Assembly: GCA_946184125.1 (NCBI GenBank)
Contig: CAMHEL010000003.1
Span: forward strand, 4,489-68,488
Source: an uncultured Prevotellaceae bacterium
GTDB taxonomy: Bacteria > Bacteroidota > Bacteroidia > Bacteroidales > Bacteroidaceae
Length of the DNA: 64,000 nucleotides
Reading direction: 5' to 3'
Shown here: piece after piece, positions 57,040 to 64,000 of the stretch
Position numbering within the stretch: position 1 is the first letter of the stretch
Layout of the letters: every line of letters starts with the position of its first letter
Position numbers and translations under genes: made by a program
Notes under the pieces: generated by a model
Database searches by the model: none
What the model was told of the DNA's origin: nothing
Seen by the model: the letters and a program-made list of their open reading frames with translations, nothing else

Positions 57040-59010
57040 ATGACTGACATAGAGAATCCAGAGAGCAATTACTCTGCGAAAAACATCCAGGTGCTTGAGG
57101 GTCTTGAGGCCGTCCGCAAGCGCCCTGCCATGTATATAGGCGACATCAGCGAGAAAGGACTCCACCACTTGGTGAACGAGACGGTGGACAACTCCATCGA
57201 CGAGGCAATGGCAGGCTACTGTACTCACATCGAGGTGACCATCAACGAGGACAACTCCATCACCGTTCAGGACAACGGTCGTGGCATCCCCGTCGATGAG
57301 CATAAGAAACTGCACAAGTCGGCACTCGAAGTGGTCATGACAGTGCTCCACGCCGGTGGCAAGTTCGACAAGGGCTCCTACAAGGTGAGCGGTGGACTGC
57401 ACGGCGTCGGCGTGAGCTGCGTCAACGCACTCTCCTCACACATGATGTCGCAAGTGTTCCGCGACGGAAAGATTTACCAGCAGGAATACGAGAAAGGCAA
57501 GCCTCTCTATCCCGTGAAAGTGGTGGGAGAGACCGACCGCCAGGGCACCCGCCAACAGTTCTGGCCCGACCCCACCATCTTCACCAGCACCGTCTATCAG
57601 TACGACATCATCGCACGCCGCATGCGCGAGCTCGCCTATCTCAATGCAGGCATCACCATCACGCTGACCGACCTCCGTCCCGACGAGAGTGGGGCAACAC
57701 GCCAGGAGGTCTATCATGCCCGTGAGGGACTCAAGGAGTTCGTCAGGTTCATCGACCGCCACCGCAGCCACCTCTTCAACGATGTCATCTACCTGAAGAC
57801 CGAGAAGCAGGGCGTGCCTATCGAAGTGGCCATCATGTACAACACCGACTATACGGAGAACATCCACTCTTATGTCAACAACATCAACACGATAGAGGGC
57901 GGCACACACCTTCAGGGCTTCCGCATGGCCCTCACGCGCACGCTGAAGAAATATGCCGACAACGACCCCGCCATCTCGAAGCAGATAGAGAAGGCGAAGA
58001 TAGAGATTGCCGGCGAGGACTTCCGCGAGGGACTGACGGCAGTCATCTCCATCAAGGTGGCCGAACCGCAGTTCGAAGGCCAGACGAAGACCAAACTGGG
58101 CAACAGCGAGGTGTCGGGAGCCGTGCAGCAAGCCGTCAGCGAGGCACTCAACAACTACCTTGAGGAGCATCCCAAAGAGGCAAAACTCATCTGCGAGAAA
58201 GTGGTGCTCGCAGCCACCGCACGTATCGCAGCACGCAAGGCACGCGAGAGCGTGCAGCGCAAGAGCGTCATGTCGGGAGGCGGACTGCCCGGCAAACTCG
58301 CCGACTGTTCCAACAAAGACCCCAAGGAGTGCGAGATTTTCCTCGTCGAGGGCGACTCTGCAGGTGGCTCCGCCAAGCAGGGCCGCGACCGCTACACACA
58401 GGCCATCCTTCCCCTGAGAGGAAAAATCCTCAATGTGGAGAAAGTGCAGTGGCACCGCGTCTTCGAAGCAGAGTCGGTGATGAACATCATCCAGAGCATC
58501 GGCGTGAGATTCGGCGTCGAGGGAGAGGGCGACCGTGAGGCCAACATCGACAAGCTACGCTACGACAAAATCATCATCATGACCGATGCCGATGTCGATG
58601 GCTCACACATCGACACGCTCATCATGACCCTCTTCTACCGCTTCATGCCCAAGGTCATCCAGGAGGGGCACCTCTACATCGCCACGCCACCACTCTACAA
58701 ATGCTCTTACAAGAAGGTGGAGCGCTACTGCTACACCGAGCAGCAGCGCCAGGCCTTCATCGATGAGTTCGTGGCAGGCAACGGCGACGACAAGGCCCTC
58801 CACACCCAGCGATACAAAGGTCTCGGCGAGATGAACCCCGAGCAGCTCTGGGAGACCACCATGGACCCGAAGAACCGACTGCTCAAGCAGGTGACCATCG
58901 AGAATGCCGCCGAAGCCGACGAAATCTTCTCGATGCTCATGGGCGACGACGTGGAGCCCCGACGCGAGTTCATCGAGTCAAACGCCACCTACGCCACCAT
59001 CGACGCTTAG
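57040..59010 (+). CDS. gyrB: DNA gyrase subunit B
   Basis: GHKL ATPase block GLHHLVNETVDNSIDEA plus GGLHGVGVSCVNALS. Toprim motif EGDSAGGSAKQGRDR. C-terminal block QRYKGLGEMNPEQLWETTM. Confidence 0.97.
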   Translation: MTDIENPESNYSAKNIQVLEGLEAVRKRPAMYIGDISEKGLHHLVNETVDNSIDEAMAGYCTHIEVTINEDNSITVQDNGRGIPVDEHKKLHKSALEVVMTVLHAGGKFDKGSYKVSGGLHGVGVSCVNALSSHMMSQVFRDGKIYQQEYEKGKPLYPVKVVGETDRQGTRQQFWPDPTIFTSTVYQYDIIARRMRELAYLNAGITITLTDLRPDESGATRQEVYHAREGLKEFVRFIDRHRSHLFNDVIYLKTEKQGVPIEVAIMYNTDYTENIHSYVNNINTIEGGTHLQGFRMALTRTLKKYADNDPAISKQIEKAKIEIAGEDFREGLTAVISIKVAEPQFEGQTKTKLGNSEVSGAVQQAVSEALNNYLEEHPKEAKLICEKVVLAATARIAARKARESVQRKSVMSGGGLPGKLADCSNKDPKECEIFLVEGDSAGGSAKQGRDRYTQAILPLRGKILNVEKVQWHRVFEAESVMNIIQSIGVRFGVEGEGDREANIDKLRYDKIIIMTDADVDGSHIDTLIMTLFYRFMPKVIQEGHLYIATPPLYKCSYKKVERYCYTEQQRQAFIDEFVAGNGDDKALHTQRYKGLGEMNPEQLWETTMDPKNRLLKQVTIENAAEADEIFSMLMGDDVEPRREFIESNATYATIDA

Positions 59011-59052
59011 CGCCATACAACAGGAATACGCGGCAGGAAGCGCACCAACGAC

Positions 59053-59126
59053 CTGCCAGGAGTGAAGTTAACGGCATCGAGACAATCCCACGGGACTTAT
59101 GCCGTTAACTTCTTCACTTCCTGCCA
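59053..59126. repeat. Long imperfect inverted repeat (about 24-bp stem, about 21-nt loop) between gyrB and the GH95 gene
   Basis: CAGGAGTGAAGTTAACGGCAT ... ATGCCGTTAACTTCTTCACTTCCTG. The GTTAACGGCAT/ATGCCGTTAAC core is a perfect 11-bp match. Confidence 0.7.
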
Positions 59127-59169
59127 AGGTGGGGGCCATCCATCAATCACCTTAAAGACACCGAAAAAC

Positions 59170-61566
59170 ATGAAAAAGCCTCATTTCTTCCTCCTGTTCA
59201 CCCTTCTCTCAGCGTGTCTCACCAGCTTTGCCGCAGAACCCCTTCCCATGCGACTGTGGTATGACCGCCCCGCCACCTACTTCGAGGAGTCGCTGCCCAT
59301 CGGCAACGGGAAACTCGGTGCACTGGTGTATGGCGGCGTCGACGACAACCTCATCTACCTCAACGACATCACCCTCTGGACGGGCAAACCCGTCGACCCC
59401 AACCTCGACGCTGGTGCCCACCGCTGGCTGCCCGACATCCGGCGGGCCCTCTTCGCCGAAGACTATGCCCTCGCCGACAGTCTCCAACTGCACGTGCAAG
59501 GCCCCAACTCACAGTTCTACCAACCCCTCGGCACACTCCACATCCTCGACGACAACACCGGCGAGGCCACAGGCTACACCCGCGAGCTCAGCCTCGACAG
59601 CGCACTGTGCCGCGACCGCTACCGCCAGGGAGGCCTCACCTTCGAGCGCGAATACTTCGCATCCTACCCCGACAAGGTGGTGGCCATGCGCATCGTCAGC
59701 AGCGGCAAGGGCATCAACTGCCGCATCACCCTCTCCGCACAGGTGCCCCACAAGGTGAAAGCTTCAGGAGGAAAGGAGGGCAGCGCACAGCTCACCATGA
59801 CAGGCCATGCCACGGGCGACGCGAGCGAGAGCACACACTTCTGCTGCATGACAGCCGCCCGTGCCACCGACGGCGAACTGTCGGTCTCCGACTCCACCAT
59901 CACCGTCCGCGGTGCCTCATCCCTCATCCTCTATGTAGTCAACGAGACGAGCTTCGACGGAGCATCCCGTCATCCCGTGTCGGAGGGAGCACCCTACATC
60001 GAGCGTGCCACCGACGACCTGTGGCATCTCGCCAACTACAGCTACGGGGCACTTCGCCAGCGCCATATCGACGACTACCGCCCCTACTTCACACGCATGA
60101 CGCTCAACCTTGGCGACGACAGCCGCCAGCGCAGCGACTACCGCACCATGACCACCGACTCACTGCTGAAGGCATACACCGACAATAGCGGCAACAACCG
60201 CTGCCTCGAGGCGCTCTATTTCCAGTATGGCCGTTACCTGCTCATCGCCTGCTCGCGCACGCCTAACGTGCCAGCCAATCTCCAGGGACTTTGGACTCCA
60301 CGTCTCTACTCCCCCTGGCGCGGCAACTATACCGTGAACATCAATTTGGAGGAGAACTACTGGCCTGCCGAGGTGGCCAACCTGAGTGAGATGGCCATGC
60401 CTCTTTGGGGCTTCATGCAGTCGCTGGCCGACAACGGGCGCCATGTGGCACGAAACTACTATGGCATAGGGCGCGGCTGGTGCTCCAGCCACAACAGCGA
60501 CATCTGGGCGATGGCTAACCCAGTGGGCGAGAAGCGCGAGAGCCCGGAATGGAGCAACTGGAACCTCGGTGGCGCATGGCTCACCCAGGCCCTCTGGGAA
60601 CATTACCGCTTCACCGGCGACCGTGAATGGCTTGCCTCCACCGCCTATCCCCTGATGCGCGGCGCCACGGAGTTCTGTCTCGACTGGCTCATCGACAACC
60701 CGAAACGGCAGGGTGAGCTGATCACCGCGCCAAGCACCTCGCCCGAGAATGAGTACAAGACGCAGGAAGGCTATCACGGCACGACCTGCTATGGTGGCAC
60801 CGCCGACCTGGCCATCATCCGTGAATTGCTGGGCAACACCCTCAGTGCCGGTCGCCTCGTGGGCGACGACAAAGCCTTCCTTGCCGACGTGGAGAGCCAC
60901 CTCCGACGCCTGCACCCCTACACCATAGGGCACGATGGCGACATCAACGAGTGGTACTACGACTGGGACGACTGGGACCCGCAGCACCGCCACCAGTCAC
61001 ACCTCATCGGCCTCTACCCGGGGCACCAAATCACCGTCGATGGCACGCCCGACTTGGCCCGGGCTGCACGCCGCAGCCTTGAGATCAAAGGCGACAAGAC
61101 CACCGGCTGGAGCACCGGCTGGCGCATCTGCCTGTGGGCACGCCTTCGCGATGGCGCCCAGGCCTACCACATCTTCCAGAAATTGCTCACCTACGTCTCA
61201 CCCGACAACTACAAGGGTCCCGACCGCCGACGGTCGGGAGGCACCTACCCCAACCTGTTCGACGCACATCCGCCCTTCCAAATCGACGGCAACTTCGGCG
61301 GCACGGCGGGTGTGTGCGAAATGCTGCTGCAGAGCGGCGACGACACCCTGCTGCTCCTTCCAGCACTACCCGAGCCATGGGGTGAGGGTAGCGTCAGCGG
61401 ACTGCGCGCCCGTGGAAACCGCACCGTCGACCTCGTATGGAGCGATGGGGGCACACACGTGAAAGCCACCATCCATGCAGCATCGAAAGGAAAAGTGAGC
61501 CTGACATTCAAGGGAAAAACCCGCAAGGTGAACCTCAAAAAGGGGAAAAACGAGGTGGCTTTCTAA
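59170..61566 (+). CDS. Glycoside hydrolase family 95 (alpha-L-fucosidase-like)
   Basis: Start chosen at [15 protein letters not shown] (signal peptide). The N-terminal block [23 protein letters not shown] and later blocks ([45 protein letters not shown]) are characteristic of GH95. Confidence 0.85.
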   Translation: MKKPHFFLLFTLLSACLTSFAAEPLPMRLWYDRPATYFEESLPIGNGKLGALVYGGVDDNLIYLNDITLWTGKPVDPNLDAGAHRWLPDIRRALFAEDYALADSLQLHVQGPNSQFYQPLGTLHILDDNTGEATGYTRELSLDSALCRDRYRQGGLTFEREYFASYPDKVVAMRIVSSGKGINCRITLSAQVPHKVKASGGKEGSAQLTMTGHATGDASESTHFCCMTAARATDGELSVSDSTITVRGASSLILYVVNETSFDGASRHPVSEGAPYIERATDDLWHLANYSYGALRQRHIDDYRPYFTRMTLNLGDDSRQRSDYRTMTTDSLLKAYTDNSGNNRCLEALYFQYGRYLLIACSRTPNVPANLQGLWTPRLYSPWRGNYTVNINLEENYWPAEVANLSEMAMPLWGFMQSLADNGRHVARNYYGIGRGWCSSHNSDIWAMANPVGEKRESPEWSNWNLGGAWLTQALWEHYRFTGDREWLASTAYPLMRGATEFCLDWLIDNPKRQGELITAPSTSPENEYKTQEGYHGTTCYGGTADLAIIRELLGNTLSAGRLVGDDKAFLADVESHLRRLHPYTIGHDGDINEWYYDWDDWDPQHRHQSHLIGLYPGHQITVDGTPDLARAARRSLEIKGDKTTGWSTGWRICLWARLRDGAQAYHIFQKLLTYVSPDNYKGPDRRRSGGTYPNLFDAHPPFQIDGNFGGTAGVCEMLLQSGDDTLLLLPALPEPWGEGSVSGLRARGNRTVDLVWSDGGTHVKATIHAASKGKVSLTFKGKTRKVNLKKGKNEVAF

Positions 61567-61636
61567 GCCAAACTACCCCTACATTCTTTTTTCCAGGAGT
61601 TGAGAAATGCTTTTTTCCTTGAGGGAACAAAACACA

Positions 61637-61668
61637 AAAGGTGGGCTCATCACCCACCTTTCTATTTT
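61637..61668. terminator. Hairpin between convergent GH95 and sigma-factor genes
   Basis: AAAGGTGGG-loop-CCCACCTTT followed by CTATTTT. Confidence 0.5.
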
Positions 61669-61685
61669 CTCTCTTTCATAACTTG

Positions 61686-62519
61686 TCAAGAAGCCACCAT
61701 CATCTCACTCATTCTTTTCTTCATCATTCTCAACACCTTTATTTTCCTACTTTTCACACTATCTCCATTCTTATATCCTATTCTCTTCGCTATCTCATTC
61801 ATCATACATCCATCCAAATAAAAACTCTCCAATATCATCCTATCTACATCACTTATTCCATCCCATAACTTCTTCAACATCTCATACTTTTCTTCAATCC
61901 TCATCTTATCTTCAATCACTTCTATCACATCCTCCAATGCATATCTAACTTCATATTTTCTATCATTTCTCTCCACCAACTCATCATAACTCACTTCTTC
62001 ATCCTTCACTTTTCTCAAATAATGCATCCCTATATTCCAGCAAATCTTTTTCAGAAAACTATCCAGCGAATCCTCTTTTAACTGATAATTATCATCTATC
62101 ATCTTATTCCACAACACCAAACAACCATCACTATACACCTCTTCCAAATCATAATAACTCAATCTCCTAAATTTACATATCAAAAACATCATCACCCCTT
62201 CTCTTTCTTCTTCCATCACCTTCTCAAAATAGTGCTTTTTTACATCTATCAGTTTCCTTACTTGCTGCTGGGGGCTCTCAATCTTAATTACAGTTTTACT
62301 TATCAACTTCCCTACTTTCTTTCTTAAATTCTTTCTCTCTTTCTCTTTCTTCTTTCTCTCCTTCTCTTTCTCTCTCCTTTTTCTCTCCTTCTCCTTTTCC
62401 TTTTCCTTCTCTTTCTTCTTTCTCTCTTTCTCCTTCTCTCTCCTTTTTCTCTCCTCCTCCTTTCTTTTTTCCTCCTTCACATTTTTCATTTCAATTTTCC
62501 CCATTTCTTTCTTTTCCAT
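61686..62519 (-). CDS. ECF-type sigma-70 family RNA polymerase sigma factor with a ~95-aa K/E/R-rich N-terminal extension
   Basis: Region-2-like block EVYSDGCLVLWNKM..DSFLKKICWNIGMHYLRKVK. Region-4-like HTH block DVDRMILESFYLDGCMMNEIAKRIGYKNGDSVKSRKIKVLRMMKKRM. The N-terminus reads KEEKRKEEERKRREKEKERKKKEKEKEKEKERKRREKEKERKKKEKERK. Confidence 0.65.
   Translation of the reverse strand: MEKKEMGKIEMKNVKEEKRKEEERKRREKEKERKKKEKEKEKEKERKRREKEKERKKKEKERKNLRKKVGKLISKTVIKIESPQQQVRKLIDVKKHYFEKVMEEEREGVMMFLICKFRRLSYYDLEEVYSDGCLVLWNKMIDDNYQLKEDSLDSFLKKICWNIGMHYLRKVKDEEVSYDELVERNDRKYEVRYALEDVIEVIEDKMRIEEKYEMLKKLWDGISDVDRMILESFYLDGCMMNEIAKRIGYKNGDSVKSRKIKVLRMMKKRMSEMMVAS
62331..62478. repeat. Uninterrupted 148-bp homopyrimidine (+ strand) / homopurine tract containing a 66-bp tandem duplication
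   Basis: Read directly from the sequence: only C and T on the + strand from 62331 to 62478. The motif CTCTTTCTTCTTTCTCTC..TTCTCTCTCCTTTTTCTCTCCT recurs with a 66-nt period (about 62344 and about 62410). Confidence 0.9.
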
Positions 62520-62622
62520 ACCTTCTTATTTTATCTTGTGTAATTTTAACGAGAGAAAAACCATTGAAAGCCTATCACAAATATTAGATTTTTTTGAAAA
62601 AAAGTCATTCACAGGCCTTCAT

Positions 62623-62658
62623 GCGACAAAAATCTCGTTGATTCGGTGTTTTTGTCGC
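62623..62658. repeat. 10-bp perfect inverted repeat (GCGACAAAAA / TTTTTGTCGC, 16-nt spacer) in the divergent intergenic region
   Basis: Read directly from the sequence. It lies between the sigma-factor start (62519) and the OMP gene (62854). Function unknown. Confidence 0.5.
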
Positions 62659-62731
62659 AAAAATGGGCGGCTGTCATATCAAACAAGTTCGAAATTGAGG
62701 GTGTTTCTTGGAGTGAGAGGATTATTTTTCC

Positions 62732-62739
62732 TATCTTTG
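62732..62739 (+). promoter_or_regulatory. -7 promoter box TATCTTTG upstream of the OM beta-barrel gene
   Basis: TAnnTTTG match 115 nt upstream of the ATG at 62854. Confidence 0.35.
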
Positions 62740-62853
62740 CATCGTCGAAAGGGGAATACGAGCAGAAACGACCCAATAGGAGTTTTCCCATTCCTCTACA
62801 CTTTTTGAATAATAATTAATCGATAATAAAAAAATAATAAAAGAAAAAGAATT

Positions 62854-63456
62854 ATGAAAAAGTACATTGCATTGGTCGTAGTCGCCATAATGACTTCAGT
62901 GAGTATGAATGCTCAGCAACAGGGAGAATTAAACTACAAGGTTCGTCTGGGTGCAGCCATGTCGACTATCACCAATAACGACGATGCCAAGATGGAACCC
63001 AACCTCCAATATGCTGTTGGTTTGGACTATATGCTGACCAACAAGTTTGCGGTAGGTTTGGAAGTACAGGGCAACAATCTGGGAGCGAAGAGCAAGGCAT
63101 TTGACAAGCGGATGACACTTTCGTATACCAGTATTCCACTGCTGGCCAAATATTATGTAACACCATGGTTGGCTCTGCAGGCTGGTCCACAAGTCAGCTT
63201 CCTGGGAAAGGCGACGATGGATGGCGAGACTTCTTTCATGGGCAATAAGGTAAAAGACAAACTGAAGAAGGTAGAACTGGCTATTCCCCTCGGCTTCTCT
63301 TTTGAGCCGAAGATTGGCAAGAATGGTGATGCGCTGCTCGTAGACCTTCGCTACCATCTGGGTGTGACACCTATGAATAAGAAGATTGATAACGAAGCCA
63401 AGTCATCTTACAACAGCGCCATCTGCCTCACCGTGGGCTATCGCACGAATTTCTGA
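62854..63456 (+). CDS. Small outer-membrane beta-barrel (porin-family / OMP_b-brl-type) protein
   Basis: Signal peptide MKKYIALVVVAIMTSVSMNAQ. Alternating amphipathic strands are visible. The C-terminus ends ..VGYRTNF. Confidence 0.7.
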   Translation: MKKYIALVVVAIMTSVSMNAQQQGELNYKVRLGAAMSTITNNDDAKMEPNLQYAVGLDYMLTNKFAVGLEVQGNNLGAKSKAFDKRMTLSYTSIPLLAKYYVTPWLALQAGPQVSFLGKATMDGETSFMGNKVKDKLKKVELAIPLGFSFEPKIGKNGDALLVDLRYHLGVTPMNKKIDNEAKSSYNSAICLTVGYRTNF

Positions 63457-63495
63457 GATAAAAGTCATTGTGCGGAGTGAGACGAGCATACAAGA

Positions 63496-63532
63496 AGCGG
63501 TGGATTGTTTGCCAGGCAAACAATCCACCGCT
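63496..63532. terminator. Bidirectional terminator hairpin
   Basis: Near-perfect palindrome AGCGGTGGATTGTTTGCC-A-GGCAAACAATCCACCGCT between convergent genes. Confidence 0.65.
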
Positions 63533-63566
63533 CGCTTATGATGGGTTCTATTCATTCCCACCTTAA

Positions 63567-64000
63567 TTATTCCTCAAACTCGAGGAAGAGCTGCCGGTCG
63601 CCAAGGAGGTTGAAGGAACGGCGGTGATAGGGTGAAATGCCATGAAGGCGTATGGCATCACGGTGTTTGCGGGTGGGGTAACCTTTATTGCTGAGCCAGT
63701 CGTACTGGGGGTATTCGGCGGCAAGGGCATTCATATAGTCATCGCGGAAGGTTTTGGCGAGGATGCTCGCCGCGGCGATGGAGAGATATTTCCCATCGCC
63801 TTTGACGATGGTGGTGTACGGCAACTGGTTGTAGGGTTTGAAGCGGTTTCCGTCGACGATGATGGCCTCGGGGCGCACAGCGAGCTTGTCGAGTGCACGG
63901 TGCATGGCGAGGATGGAAGCGTTGAGGATGTTGATTTTGTCAATCTCGGCAGGACTCACCTCGCCCACGGCCCATGCCACGGCATCGTGCATGATGACTT
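63567..64000 (-). CDS. rnhB: Ribonuclease HII; 5' end outside the window
   Basis: Blocks INILNASILAMHRALDKL, VDGN and AAASILAKTFRDDYM are typical of RNase HII. The reading frame is still open at the window edge. Confidence 0.85.
   Translation of the reverse strand, partial: VIMHDAVAWAVGEVSPAEIDKINILNASILAMHRALDKLAVRPEAIIVDGNRFKPYNQLPYTTIVKGDGKYLSIAAASILAKTFRDDYMNALAAEYPQYDWLSNKGYPTRKHRDAIRLHGISPYHRRSFNLLGDRQLFLEFEE

Noticed and set aside
61600-61868. Plus-strand ORFs 61600..61821 and 61641..61868
   Set aside because: They are antisense to the sigma-factor gene. They are open only because the + strand is nearly G-free, so it has few TAG/TGA stops. The translations are S/L/F/I/H-rich nonsense.
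62536-62808. 90-aa ORF in the sigma/OMP divergent intergenic region
   Set aside because: It has a non-ATG start and no motifs. It covers the predicted promoter box and an inverted repeat, so the region is more likely regulatory DNA.
61567-63456. Calling the AT-rich islet a mobile element
   Set aside because: No integrase, transposase, terminal inverted repeats or target-site duplication are visible. Only compositional evidence exists, so it is reported as a finding rather than a mobile_element feature.

Overview
This window looks like a chromosomal segment of a GC-rich Bacteroidota genome, probably Bacteroidales or Prevotellaceae-like. The taxon call is inferred from three things: a SusC/SusD pair, TAnnTTTG -7 promoter boxes upstream of many genes, and a dcw cluster in the usual Bacteroidota order without murF or ddl.

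Gene content from left to right:
- A partial TPR gene, dut and a dGTPase-like gene.
- A DUF4369-like lipoprotein, followed by three paralogous, translationally coupled two-gene cassettes. Each cassette pairs a polytopic membrane protein with a CxNCH-containing beta-propeller lipoprotein. Two cassettes are on the + strand and one is convergent on the - strand. Unusual heptamer and octamer repeat arrays lie between cassettes A and B.
- A minimal SusC/SusD/lipoprotein locus. Its SusC carries a C-terminal OmpA-like domain.
- Assorted housekeeping and envelope genes: an AAA-ATPase/PD-(D/E)XK protein, a DAACS symporter, a Cof hydrolase, an exported flavodoxin-like protein, a TlpA-like oxidoreductase, a YARHG protein, a beta-helix protein and an OlsB/PlsC-like acyltransferase pair.
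- A complete dcw cluster (mraZ-rsmH-ftsL-ftsI-murE-mraY-murD-ftsW-murG-murC-ftsQ-ftsA-ftsZ).
- yqeY, recO, tRNA-Glu and rpsT.
- A dynamin-like GTPase, an EptA-like transferase and a YcjF-like membrane protein.
- gyrB and a GH95 fucosidase.
- A sharply AT-rich islet carrying an ECF-type sigma gene. Its coding strand is almost free of cytosine, and it contains a 148-bp homopyrimidine tract.
- A small OM beta-barrel gene and a partial rnhB.

The best candidates for something undescribed are the triplicated membrane-protein/CxNCH-propeller cassette, the SusC-OmpA fusion and the C-depleted sigma-factor islet. All product calls come from motif recognition by eye. No database search was run.
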